DNA from: Epiperipatus broadwayi
Taxonomy: Eukaryota > Animalia > Onychophora
Length of the DNA: 64,000 bases
Direction: 5' to 3'
NCBI GenBank assembly: GCA_028023455.1
Contig: JAQFVV010000009.1
Location: 15,810,001-15,874,000 of the forward strand
Shown: positions 39,560 to 52,335 of the stretch, piece after piece
Layout: each line of letters begins with the position of its first letter
Position numbering within the stretch: position 1 is the stretch's first letter
Position numbers and translations under genes: made by a program
Notes under the pieces: generated by a model
Databases searched by the model: none
Told to the model about the DNA's origin: nothing
What the model saw: the letters and a program-made list of their open reading frames with translations, nothing else

Positions 39560-40689
39560 AATAGATATAGTTATTGGGAATCATCTTCAGTAACCAGGAA
39601 AAAGGCTTGGATGAATGGGAGAAAAAATTGATAGATGAAGCAAAGAAAAGAAAAGGATTGATAAAGAAATTAACAGTGTGTTCATATAATAAATATGATG
39701 TAGCTAGAATTGTATGGAAGGGAGTTGCAGTAGCAGGGTTAACATATGGTAATGATGCATTATGTGTTAGTAAAGGGGTATTAGATTACTTAGAAAAAGG
39801 TACAAAGGAAAGTAGGAAGACATGCATTAGATGCGGATGTGTGGACAGCAAAGGAGGCAATTCAAGGAGAAATGGGATGATCAAGTTTTTATATGAGAGA
39901 TGCAAAAAGCAAAATGAAAATGTTTGGTAGGTTGCAGTTTATGGATAATAAAAGAATATCCCAAATAGTATTTAATTGGGTGATGAGTAAAGGGCAGGCA
40001 ACAAGATAGGTGAGAAAGGTAATGTGGTATGCAGAGGATTTAGATAAAGAATTTATATCAGTATACTTTTACAAAAGGCGGGATGATTGTGTTAGGAGGA
40101 TTGTTGAGTGTTATAGTGGTAAGGAATGGGATAAAAGAATAGATGCATTAATAAAAAATAGGGAGTTGGAGAAATGGGGAACTAGTATGGAAAGTATAAA
40201 AAGTTTAAATATATATAGAAGTAAATGGAACATTGGGTGTGAGTTAATTTATGATAATAGCAAGGAAAGTAGTTTATTGTTCAAGGCTCGGATGGGATCT
40301 TTAGCAACAAGGGAATATACACATAAATGGGAAAATATGGGTATTTTATTCTGCAAATTGTGTAAGGAAGGCATAGAAAATATTAGATATCTGTTAATTG
40401 AATGTAAATGCTTGAAAGCAAAAAGGGTACAAATAATGAAGTTATGGAAGAATAAATATGAGCAAAGTAATTATATAGAAACTGGGTTATTGGTTTTTAT
40501 GCTGGGTTTGGAAAAAGATAGGGGATTTAGATATGAAAGCCATGGAGTTAACAAGGATTATATTGTGAAAATGGGATGGAGCAGATTATGGGAAAACTTA
40601 AGAGTGGGGAATGGAAAGGGAAGGTAAAGTAGCTAACAAGTTTCTCTGGGCATAGTTGCTGAGAGATTCCTTACTTTGTTTAAGGAGAA
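39560..40689 (+). mobile_element. Non-LTR retrotransposon copy 2, same family as 30770-32665; its tail resumes at 42176-42194
   Basis: Colinear with 31509-32633 (YNKYDVARIVWKGVAVAGLTYG; CKLCKEGIENIRYLLIEC). gtacatcacatca at 42176-42188 is identical to copy-1 tail 32641-32653. Confidence 0.9.
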
Positions 40690-42158
40690 TTGAGTCATCA
40701 TCATCATCATCAACCATTATCAATCCACTGCAGGATGAAGGTCTCTCCAAGTTCAATCCATCTTTTCCTATCTTTAGCTTCTCTTCTCCACATCACCCCT
40801 GCACACTTTCTTACTTCATCCATCCATCTCACATGCGGTCTCTTTCTGGGTCTTTTACAATCTCTTGGAATCCAGTTTAAAATTTCAATTGTCAATTTAT
40901 TATCACCTCTTCTAGAAATATGTCCAACCCAACTCCACTTCAATCTTTTAATTTTTTCAATGAGGTCAGTAACACCTGTTTGTTCTCTTACCCATACATT
41001 GCATTTTCGATCTCTTCTTGTTACTGCCAACATGCATCTCTCCATACTTTTTTGAGTGGTCTTAAGTCTATGTATTGCTCTTCTATTAAGTGTCCAAGTC
41101 TCAGATCCATAAGTAAGAACTGGCAAAACACATTTATTAAAAACCTTCCTTTTCAAACACATAGGCATATTTCCTTTCAGTATCAAGTTATTTCTACCAA
41201 AAGCACTCCAACCAAGTTTAATTCTATGATTAATTTCATCCATTATGTTTCCATCTGTATTAATAATCTGACCAAGGTATTTGTAATTTAACTTCTTCTA
41301 ACTCATCATAATCAATCTTTATTTTCATATTTTGAAAAAATCTATTAAACATTACTTTAGTCTTTTTAATATTTATCTTTAGTCCTACTTTTCTACTTTC
41401 ATCTGATAACTCCTGCAACATTTCCTGTAACTCTAAAGCATTATTTTCAAAAACAACTACACCATCTGCGAAATCTAAATGACTTAAATACTCTCCATTT
41501 ACTTTCACTCCTTTAGTTTCCCATTTTAATCCACAAAATACTTCTTGCAGCACTACTATAAAAAGTTTTGGAGATATGGAGTCACCCTGTCTTATACACT
41601 TTTCAATGTTGATTTTCCTACTATCATTATGTAATCTAATTGTTGCTGTTGCATTTTTATAAATATTCTTTAAAATATGACAATATCCTGGATCTACACC
41701 TTGATGATCCAATGTTTTAATCACAGAAGAAATGTTTATAGAATCAAATGCCTTTTTATAATCTACAAATCCTAAGCATAATGGCAACTCATATTCATTT
41801 GTCCTTCTATAACTTCTCTCAATACCTGGATATGATCTACTGTACTAAAACCACTTTTAAATCCAGCTTGTTCTCTTGGTTGATGGAAATCCAGTGTTTT
41901 CTGTAGACGAGTTGTAATTATCTTAGTAATTTTGTATAAAACTAATAAAAGACTGATAGGTCTGTAATTTCTAATATCTTCTTTATCACCTATTTTAAAT
42001 CTTAATATTAATACTGCATTCTTCCAATCATCTGGTACATCTTTATCATTTAGACATTTGGTATATAACTTTGCTAAAAAAATTTCTATTTCTTCACCTG
42101 CTTTTTTTAATATATCAATTATAATTCCATCATTACCTGGAGCCTTCCCTTTCTTCAT
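40690..42158 (-). mobile_element. 5'-truncated RTE-clade LINE copy 1
   Basis: KAPGNDGI, NYRPISLL, EQAGFKSG, DYKKAFDSI, RQGDSISPKLF, HLDFADG, LTYGSETW, RWMDEV. (CAT)n tail on + at 40696-40712. Confidence 0.95.
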
Positions 42159-43660
42159 AAAAAGGAAGGCTCCAGGTACATCACATCAAATCACTGTATG
42201 TTTCTGATTCCGTTATGACAGTAAAAGATTGAATTTTTTTTAAATATTATTTTATACTTTTCATATTTAATCCATATATTTACCACCAAATGTAAATTTT
42301 TTTTGCATAATTTTAGTTCACTTATTATATGGCACTCATAGATTTGATATCACTGATATATACCAACAAAATACATCAATACATATGTAAACTATATTTG
42401 TGAAAAATAGTTTGAAGTTGCTATTATTCTATAGCAACAATTTTGATTTATTTGAGTTTTGATGCTGGTTCCAAGACCCAGCTTTTCGAATCAAACCAAG
42501 TACATTTTAATTATTTCATTAAATAAATAAAAAATTGAATAGTTAGTTTCTTTGAAAGTCATATAATGATTTGACAATAGAAATAATAGGATTGAACTGC
42601 ATGAATCTTTAACTCTCAAATCTACTATTTCTATCACTGTATTAAATCACAAAGAGTAGCAATTTTATTGTTATATTTTCATCTAGTGGATGGTATTTTG
42701 TTTTTATTTCTTGGGGGTACAATTCAAAATTCCAATCATCTATCTGTGATCATTTCTTTTTATTCTATGAGCACCGTAACTATAATTATTTCTTTCTAAT
42801 GCAAATATTGTTTGTTCTCATCCATATATTTTCTTATTATAGATTCAGTCTTGTGAAGTAGAGTTTCTATTGTTCAGTTTTCATTGAGTAGTTTTTTTAT
42901 TTTAAAATTTATCAATAGCTATATTTCTTAATATTGATCCTTACATTGATAAAATGTATCAACAGGAACTATAAGCTCATTATTGCTAAATTAAGTGAAA
43001 GATGACTTTTTCATAATCTCTCCAGTTTTGTTGCAAGAATGCTCAAATGAATTTGGGTTACTTTTACACTATTCTTTAGTGTCATTCATCCATATGTTAT
43101 GGAATCCATTTGATTGTGTTTTATATTTATTAGGAGTATCTTTAAAGAATCAACAGATGTTGCCAAGAGATAGTACTCAATTTTATGCAGAACATTTTCT
43201 GAAGTACACTGATAAGTTTTATTTTAATAGTGTAGTGTTTATATTAACAGATTTCTATATAATTTTATTCTGTTAATAGAAATATCATTTGATTCCTTAC
43301 AAAGATTAAAAAAAAAAAAGTGAACAGGCAAATTTTATTGTTTGTTCCATATGTATTTGTTATTACAGCTGTTTGTCCATATCAGTGTTCACATGATAAA
43401 AAATGTTATTGGTTTGCTCACCACTATACTTGGGAGGTGTAATGAATTTATTGGCTTTCATTTTTGTGTTTCTATTCTATTTATGAGAGATGACAAAGTC
43501 ATTAGCCAAATTAATAGTTAATGACTGAAGGTGGAGGATAAAAACTTTTGTTGTGAAAATAAAAGAAGATTGCTTGAATTGGAAAAATATTTATATAAAA
43601 ATAGAATGAAGATGTAAAGTGATATTTAATTTACCATTGAAAAGGTAAATATTGAAAATA

Positions 43661-44079
43661 CAAATAACATGGAAGTATAAATTACAAATGGAATCTTTGC
43701 AAGAATATAAGTACTTAATTGATTCCAGATAATACTGTAATCCCAAAACTAGTTTCCTCTTTTTGGTCTTCCTCAGAACCACTTATTAGCCATCTTCTTT
43801 TCTTATGTATTCAAGCTAATTGTTTAACTTTTTAGAGATCCTAAGATTTTGAATCTTAATTGTAATTAGCTAAAAACTATATTTCTAGAGAGGTAATTGA
43901 TACAAAGTGATCTGTGTTAATTTCGATCTTTTGGGAAAAGAAAATATATTATCAAAGAAAATGAATACTTGATCAGATTAGATCTGAAATCTCTCTTGAA
44001 GCATAAATGCTTGGTTGAAATTGGATTTATTTTGATTTTATCATATAATGATCTAATTCTTTACAAAGATTTATAATTC
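43661..44079. repeat. 419-bp segment duplicated in inverted orientation at 45557-45975
   Basis: Base-by-base reverse-complement match; 3 substitutions noticed. Confidence 0.95.
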
Positions 44080-44551
44080 TTGGAAAGGTTGATGTTGAAA
44101 GAAGATTTTGGATCAGCAATTGGATAGATGGATTTCATAATAAGTCTGAAAAAAAAAAAAAACATCGGCTAAATGCTATCTATATCTACTTCACGAATTA
44201 AACACCATCTTGATAATAATAATAATAATCATGATTTTTTTTTTTAATAAAACAAGGTGCGGAACTCACTTCTTGTCAAGCTTTTTACTAAAGAAAATTC
44301 TGTTTAAATATCATTTAAATGAAATTTAAAGCAGCTTTTCCAATGTTATGAAGTAAATAAAAAATTAAACAAAATTTATCATAATTTTTTTATTTTAGTC
44401 ATGTCAAATCTAAAGCAAAAATCATTTTTTTGATCCAATGATCAGCAATCCGATCAATTATTTTGAGTTCGGCATTGCACCTCAAGACCTGCTTGAGATG
44501 ATTCAGGAACATCAAGTTGTACCAATATTTCCATATTTTCTGTTGTTGTTT

Positions 44552-44740
44552 TGGACTTTTTATTAATGGGACCGACAGACGAGAAGTAACTGGAAATGTT
44601 TTTCATTTTTAAACTTGGGGTAAACTTTTACACTAAAAAATAAATAAAATAAAATTAACGATGTCAAATTTACTAAAAATAAAGAAATTAAATATTCCAC
44701 ACATTATCAATCGCTACGCAGGTGCATTCAATCACAAATG
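44552..44740. repeat. 189-bp segment duplicated directly at 45369-45557
   Basis: tggactttttattaatgggaccgacagacgag...ggtgcattcaatcacaaatg; no differences noticed. Confidence 0.95.
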
Positions 44741-44950
44741 TCAGACGTCAATAGCTGCACATGCATCGCTATAATCAGTCGTTAACCATGAGTGACCAAT
44801 AGGGACGTGGACAAATCCATTTCTCACTACATGAGTGTGTCAATTTCGAATCCAACCATATTTGATCTGATTCATAAAACACCTTACTTTTTTATTTGTT
44901 CAAATTGTATAAATATGGATTGTAATTATATATGTGCGATATCGTTTTAT
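44560..44950. promoter_or_regulatory. CpG-retaining patch with CRE-like and CCAAT motifs
   Basis: At least 9 CpGs in 44570-44810; gacgtca at 44744-44750, ccaat at 44796-44800, gggacgtgg at 44802-44810. Confidence 0.3.
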
Positions 44951-45099
44951 TCAATTATGTTTGAAACATTAAAAATACATTAAAGAAAGTGCCAGAATGC
45001 CATTCCATTGCGTTACATGACAAAAAAAAAAAAGCCCTGATAATAATGATGACGATAATAAATGGTGGTGGTGATCATTAGAATCGATGACACCTCTAG

Positions 45100-45368
45100 T
45101 TTTTTTTTTTTTTATAAAATATAGAATTTTATTCAGAAATTTGGTTACAATATATGATAATAGTTAAACATAGGATATATTACATGATACTCAGGGGGAT
45201 TAGTTTACATTTAATCTGCCATTCTAATATCATCTCTTGTAATATCACTTCGCTTCTAAATTATTTTAATGATGTCAGTTTGTTTTCTCATATATGTATT
45301 TTGATTTCTTCCTGTTAATGATTACATGCATCTTTTCATATTTAATAATTGTATCCAATTATTAAATA
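45100..45368 (-). mobile_element. Short LINE 3' end (polyA tail plus AATAAA)
   Basis: T14 at 45100-45113, tttatt at 45128-45133, and a minus-strand WIQLLNMKRCM segment reminiscent of L1/Tx1 C-termini. Confidence 0.55.
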
Positions 45369-45975
45369 TGGACTTTTTATTAATGGGACCGACAGACGAG
45401 AAGTAACTGGAAATGTTTTTCATTTTTAAACTTGGGGTAAACTTTTACACTAAAAAATAAATAAAATAAAATTAACGATGTCAAATTTACTAAAAATAAA
45501 GAAATTAAATATTCCACACATTATCAATCGCTACGCAGGTGCATTCAATCACAAATGAATTATAAATCTTTGTAAAGAATTAGATCATTATATGATAAAA
45601 TCAAAATAAATCCAATTTCAACCAAGCATTTATGCTTCAAGAGAGATTTCAGATCTAATCTGATCAAGTATTCATTTTCTTTGATAATATATTTTCTTTT
45701 CCCAAAAGATCAAAATTAACACAGATCACTTTGTATCAATTACCTCTCTAGAAATATAGTTTTTAGCTAATTACAATTAAGATTCAAAATCTTAGGATCT
45801 CTAAAAAGTTAAACAATTAGCTTGAATACATAAGGAAAGAAGATGGCTAATAAGTGGTTCTGAGGAAGACCAAAAAGAGGAAACTAGTTTTGGGATTACA
45901 GTATTATCTGGAATCAATTAAGTACTTATATTCTTGCAAAGTTTCCATTTGTAATTTATACTTCCATGTTATTTG

Positions 45976-46220
45976 CTCTTCTATCAAGTGTCCAAGTCTT
46001 TTATCTGTAGGTAAATATTGATAAAATTAGTTTGTTAAAATGATCCTTCTCAAATTCATAGGCATATTTTTTTAAATATTATTCTTATCAAAAGCACTCC
46101 ATTCTGGTTTAATTCTATGATTAACTTTATTTATTATATTTCTTTTTGCATTGATAATCTGACCAAGATGTATATAATTATTAATTTCTTCAATTCGTAG
46201 CCATGAATCTTAAATTTTCT
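45976..46220 (-). mobile_element. Older diverged RTE fragment
   Basis: Colinear with but clearly diverged from 46667-46915 (ctcttctat.aagtgtccaagtct...ataggcatattt...aaaagcactcca...tttaattctatgattaa...taatctgaccaag). Confidence 0.75.
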
Positions 46221-46280
46221 TTTTTTGAAAAGCCAATGGACCATCACTTTTATTATGTATATAAAAGAACAAATATACTA

Positions 46281-49230
46281 TTATCATCATCATCATCAAC
46301 CATTATCAATCCACTGCAGGATGAAGGTCTCTCCAAGTTCAATCCATCTTCTCTGAGCTTTAGCTTTCCTTCTCCACATTACCCCTGCACACTTTCTCAT
46401 CTCATCCATCCTTCTGACATGTGGTGTCTTTCTGGGTCTTTTTACAATCTCTTGGAATCCAGTTTAAGACTTCAATTGTCCATCTATTATCATCTCTTCT
46501 AGCAATATGTCCAGCCCAACTCCACTTCAATCTTTTAATTTTTTCAATGAGGTCAGTAATACCTGTTTGTTCTCTTACCCATACATTGCGTTTTCGATCT
46601 CTTCTTGTTACTCCCAGCATGCATCTCTCCATACTTCTTTGAGTGGTCTGAAGTCTCTGTATTGCTCTTCTATTAAGTGTCCAAGTCTCAGATCCATAAG
46701 TAAGAACTGGCAAAACACATTTGTTAAAAACCTTCCTTTTCAAACACATAGGCATATTTCCTTTTAGTATCAAGTTATTTCTACCAAAAGCACTCCAACC
46801 AAGTTTAATTCTATGATTAATTTCATCCATTATGTTTCCATCTGTATTAATAATCTGACCAAGGTATTTGTAACTGTTAACTTCTTCTAATTCATCATAA
46901 TCAATCTTTATTTTCATATTTTGAGCAAATCGATTAAACATTACTTTAGTCTTTTTAACATTTATCTTTAGTCCTACTTTCCTACTTTCATCTGATAACT
47001 CCTGCAACATTTCCTGCAGCTCTGAAGCATTATTTGCAAAAACAACTACATCATCTGCAAAATCTAAATGACTTAAATAATCTCCATTTACTTTCACTCC
47101 TTTAGTTTCCCATTTTAATCCACAAAATACTTCTTGCAGCACTGCTGTAAAAAGTTTTGGAGATATGGAGTCACCTTGTCTTACACCTTTCTCAATGTTG
47201 ACTTTCCCAGTATCATTATGTAATCTAATTGTTGCTGTTGCATTTTTATAAATATTCTTTAAAATATGACAATATCCTGGATCTATACCTTGATGATCCA
47301 ATGCTTTAATCACTGAAGAAATGTTTATAGAATCAAATGCCTTTTCATAATCTACAAATCCAAAACATAATGGCAACTCATATTCATTTGTCCTTTCTAT
47401 AACTTCTCTCAATACCTGGATATGATCTACTGTACTAAAACCACTTTTAAATCCAGCTTGTTCTCTTGGTTGGTGGAAATCCAATGTTCTCTGTAGACGA
47501 GTTGTAATTATCTTGGTAAAATTTTTGTATAAAACTGATAAAAGGCTGATAGGTCTATAATTTCTAATATCTTCTTTATCACCTTTTTTAAATATTAATA
47601 TTATTACTGCATTCTTCCAATCATCTGGTACATCTTTATCATTTAGACATTTGGTATATAACTTTGCTAAAAAAATTTCTATTTCTTCATCTGCTTCTTT
47701 TAATATATCAATTATAATTCCATCATTACCTGGAGCCTTTCCTTTCTTCATACATTTAATTGCATATCTCACTTCTTCATTTAAAATTCTGGGCAATTCG
47801 GAAGATGTAATAGATATAGAAGGTACTTGTTCTTTATTACTATATAATTCTTGATAGAAGTCTTCTACCCATTTCATGATGTCATCTCTCTTTTTAGTAA
47901 TAATTCCATCTTTTTTCTTATTGCAGATATAAATTTCCTACCAATACCAAAATGTTGTTTTACATTCTTGAGACTTTTATTTTCTTCTACAGCTTTCCCT
48001 GCTAGTTCACAGTTATACTTTCTTATATCATTTTCAACTCTTTTCCATACCATTTTACTAAATTCGAGATATTCAATCCTTTTTAATGCATCATTTTTGT
48101 ATATCTTCATATTCCTTCTTTTCTTCATAAATTCTCTAGTCTCAGTAGAAATTTTATTGGTCAATTGCTGCTTTTTTTACCAGCTATCTTTGTTGCAGTT
48201 TTTAAAAGTGTATCAGTTATTTTCATATTAATTTCATTCAAATCTGAATCATGTTCAAAATCTACTAATACTTGAAACCGATTTGTAAGTTCTAATTTAA
48301 ATTCATTAGAATGTTTCTGAAGATTAGGAATATCAACTGTAAATATTGTTTTTCTTAATAATTTTTGTCTCTCTAGTTTTGCATTAACACATATCTTACA
48401 TCTTACTAATCGATGATCACTTCCTGTGTTAAATTTATTAAGAACATTACAATCTTGAAATATGTATTTTCTGTTAGTCAAAATATAATCCAATTCTGTT
48501 GTACCTTCATTTGGATGCTTCTATGTTCATTTCCTTTTAACATTTTTTTCAAAAAAAGAATTCATACTATAAAGTTTTTCTTTTTTTGCAAACTCCACAA
48601 GTCTATGTCCTCTCTCATTTCTATTACCATAACCAAAATTACCTACAGCACTTTCATCTTTCATTGTGTATCAATTCTAGCATTAAAGTCTCCCATAACA
48701 ATTTTAAAATGTTGTTTACTCTGATCAAAAGTCTTTTGTACATCCATATAAAAATCTTCTACTACTTCATCACTATGAGAACTTGTTGGGCCATAAACCT
48801 GAATTATCTGCATTTGGTATCTGCTATTAAGTTGTATAACTAATCTTGCCACTCTGTCCGATACACCATCAATCTCCACAATGTGGTTCTTCCACTTTTT
48901 ATTTATAATGAATCATACTCCACTTGTATTTCCAATATTTGTGCCTTTATAGTATAGTACATGTCCACTTTTTAAATCAATTGTTTCTTCACCTTTTCTT
49001 CTAACTTCACAAAGTCCAATGTCCCATTTAATATAAGACAGTTCTTCTTCTAATTCTTGCAACCTTCCTTCACTTGAAAGTGATCTGCAGGTGTAAGTAC
49101 CTAAATAAAAAGTTGTCATTAAATGGCAGCCTGGGTCTGCAATCAGGGGATTCTTAGCACCCTCCGCCTTCGGCCACCAACAGCTGCCTTGGTTGGTGAC
49201 TTTACAGCCTCCTAGGAATAAGGGCCATGA
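46281..49230 (-). mobile_element. Near full-length RTE-clade LINE copy 2 (APE + RT), inactivated
   Basis: N-terminal EGAKNP and LGTYTCRSL, WDIGLCEVRR, IIQVYGPT, VMGDFNARI, DYIL, SDHRLV (APE). The RT ORF 46402-47877 contains HLDFADDV. (CAT)n tail at 46284-46298. In-frame stops and frameshifts lie in the APE part. Confidence 0.95.
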
Positions 49231-52011
49231 TTTATTTTTGTATATAGAAGTCTAAATACTCAACATTGCAGTAGGAAACAATATATATATATGTTTTTTC
49301 TTATAATATATGGATGCATAAATAGCAAATGCTCCATTAATTTACTTTGTCGCCCTCTCTATCATTATTTGTCTGTATACATTAGTAGACAAAATATGAA
49401 GAAAAAAGAACTGAATCAGTAAATACACCATTATCATTGAAATGTACAAAAATAAAGAAAAATCCTATCCCTGTTCTTAACACATTGACTATCACCCATT
49501 ATAGTGTCATCACATTTGCCAATTTCAAAAATTGATTATCTAGTTATTACATATTTTTTGTACGTTTTTCAGTATGTATATAAAAAGCTGCAGTTGTTTT
49601 AATTAAAATAAAAATAACTTTTACAATATTCTGGATGACTAGTATCGTGATAAGATTTATTTTATAATTGGGGCTATTTCATAATTCCTGTTAAAGTAAT
49701 TGTTTGTATGTCTTTGTTCAAGTTTCCAAAGCTCAATTAATAAGCGATTATTAATTAAATTGTATTGTTTTGTTGACATTATTTAACAAGTAATTTATTA
49801 AAATAATATGAAAACAATTAAAGTTGCACTTAATAATTAGAGGTATTAAATTTGAATAACAACTGAATTCTATCACTCCTTCCCTTGTTGATAACACACT
49901 AATCTTGCTTGATTTTTATGGGGGGGGGGGGGGCGGCGTTAAACGTCTCTTCTTTAAAAAAAAAAAAAAAACATCTATAAGATGTTCCGAAATTGTAGAG
50001 GTAACTAGAGTATTTGGTTTCTAATTAATTACTTTCTTAATATCGCTCATTCTTGCAAAATATTAATGGCTGATAATCTTTACACCCTATTGTCAGATTT
50101 CACACTGATAGTTCACCACTTCCTATCTGCGCCAGGATTATAAAGGAAGCTATATATAATGGTAAATTATATATGTTAGGAGAATGTGAGCTAATTATTA
50201 TTATTTGTTGCAAAAATTGTATTGCTTTTTAGAATTACAGAGGTGCAGTGATACACCTGCTTATAAGCCAGTGTGACTTAGTGAAGATTAAGGCTGTCGC
50301 ATGTCATTATAACAAAGTTATGTTTAAAAATAATCTCTTAATTTCGTTTTCTCATGGACAATTCATATCGTACTGTATCAATTCATAGAAATATCTACTA
50401 TCTTTTATTTTTAACTTTTTATTGTGTGCATACATACACATGTGTAAATATTTAAATTTAGGTTTGTCTTGTTTTTGTGTATGTAGAATATATTTATTAA
50501 TAAGATTTTATCTGATAATTAATTTTTTTTTTATACAATCTATTTTTGTATAATTTCTTATTCCAATAATGTTTTTTCATTATATAATATAGCCTGCTTT
50601 TCTACCTTCTAGTGTTTCTGTTATTCTTTTTTTTATTAAGAGAAATTTATTATACGATACAAACCAATATACAAACATGCCAATACAATATAACGTAAAT
50701 TGATTTATCTTGGTACATTACGTTTTCAGATGTGAATAACACAGTTTTAACGTGTCTATTTCTATGTATGTAGATGCTTCGTTTAATTCTGTAGACTTAG
50801 CAATCATCTTCTTTACTTGAAGTTTTTCCAAGTGGCGTTTACTAAATAATCTTGACTTTAATAAATACTTAAAAAACAAATTTTTACCTATAAACAAAAC
50901 TATGTATAACTTAACGGAAAGGTATCAAGAAGGGAATAGCTGGATTGTAATATATAAATCATAGTATAAAATATCAAGAATATATTTTTTGTATAACATT
51001 AGTTTTGTTTTGTTTTTCAAATATAGATTTAGAAATAGTAAATTAAATCATATTTTAAATCCAATAAAATACATTTTAAAAATCAGTTTGAATTTCTAGG
51101 CTAAAATTGAAATTAGCAGTTGTGATGTTGAGTAATCTGTTAGAAGGTAGATTTGCTGACTTGAGAAAGTCTTCAGACAGAAATGAACATTTAAGAAACA
51201 ATACTTGTTTTTAGTAATAATTTATTATTGGTTTTTATTTTAAGTTGCACATATCTGACTGCCATGTTCAAGTCTCAAAAATCTGAATCATATGAATCTT
51301 GATTTTTCTTTTCACATCTCAGATTAGTCTAGTTTGATGAGATTAGTGCTAATATACTCATCATTGACCTACTAATGCTGGGAATAATACACCTGCAGGT
51401 ACTGAGTTCATGGTTTACTGTAAAGTTTTACAAATTACTGATCTCTGATTTTCATTAATATCACTTAAAATTATTCCCTAACATTATACCATTTATTTTC
51501 TAGCATTATTTTTGTTTAAGTTAGCAGTGTTCATTATAATTACTATTTGTAAATAGAAAGATAAACTCCAAGGAACACTGTTGAATAGTTGGGAACTGTT
51601 ACTTAGTTTGGAAAATTAATTTAAGTATCGTATTATATTATTTTGTATGCATAAAAAAGTGTATTAATATTTTTTATATTAGTATATAATAACACTTGTT
51701 AAGAATTAGATGAAAAATTATGTTAACCATTCAAGCGGCCATATTTTTCTTGGGCTACATATGTATATTTTCTATGTTGCATGGGCCACAGTGCAGGCTA
51801 CAACATAGTACACTATGTCTCATAATACAATAATGTAAAAAATTAGAGGTGATTTTTTGATGATGGAATAAACTTTGATTATTTAAATCTACTCTTAATA
51901 CAGTTGTTGCATATTTTATTTTAGAATAGAATGTTTCACAAGGATAAGTTGGAGCTCACAAAGTGAACAGCATTTGGGTATAGTTTTGTATAATCTCGTA
52001 TTTTTCAGGCA

Positions 52012-52335
52012 CTAATTTCCAAAATTTGGAATGTTTTTTCCCTTCCTCTTTTTTAAAAAAAACAATAACTCCAGATTCATATCATTTTTGAGTTGCATTA
52101 ATGCATCAAATAGCTTTGCATAATCGTATTTCAGTGCAGCTAGTTGTATAATAATTGCTATTTCTAAGTTCCAGGGATTTTCTACAAACAATAGACAATT
52201 TTTAATATTTTTTAAATCCTGGAATCTGCTCTTAAATCCATTGTATAAACTAGTTAAATAATTTGAAATGATCATATAGTTTTCTTGAGAAATGTTGGTA
52301 CCATCTTGTTTAATTTTTATTTGTTCAAAACACAA
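52012..52335 (-). mobile_element. hAT (Charlie/Buster, GTF2IRD2-like) transposase C-terminal remnant
   Basis: YLTSLYNGFKSRFQDLK...FVENPW...LMQLKNDMNLELLF resembles L..L...F..RF.D+....F.NPF...L+.L+.D..LK..F. Charlie-like subterminal gcggcca/gggccaca motifs lie at ~51735-51790. Confidence 0.6.

Noticed and set aside
20831-43396. M-box TCATGTGA/TCACATGA sites (20831, 21151, 29554, 34840, 43389) as Mitf autoregulation
   Set aside because: About two are expected by chance at this composition, CpG decay of CACGTG generates more, and two are the same duplicated repeat.
49120-49230. HDV-like ribozyme in the RTE 5' end
   Set aside because: The GCTAA string is part of the in-frame EGAKNP coding motif, and the frame stays open to the truncation, so the true 5' UTR is absent.
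46256-49262. Possible ~20-bp TSD of RTE copy 2 (tgtatataaaagaacaaata vs tgtatatagaagtctaaata)
   Set aside because: Only 16/20 identity in AT-rich sequence, lower than expected for the element's apparent age.
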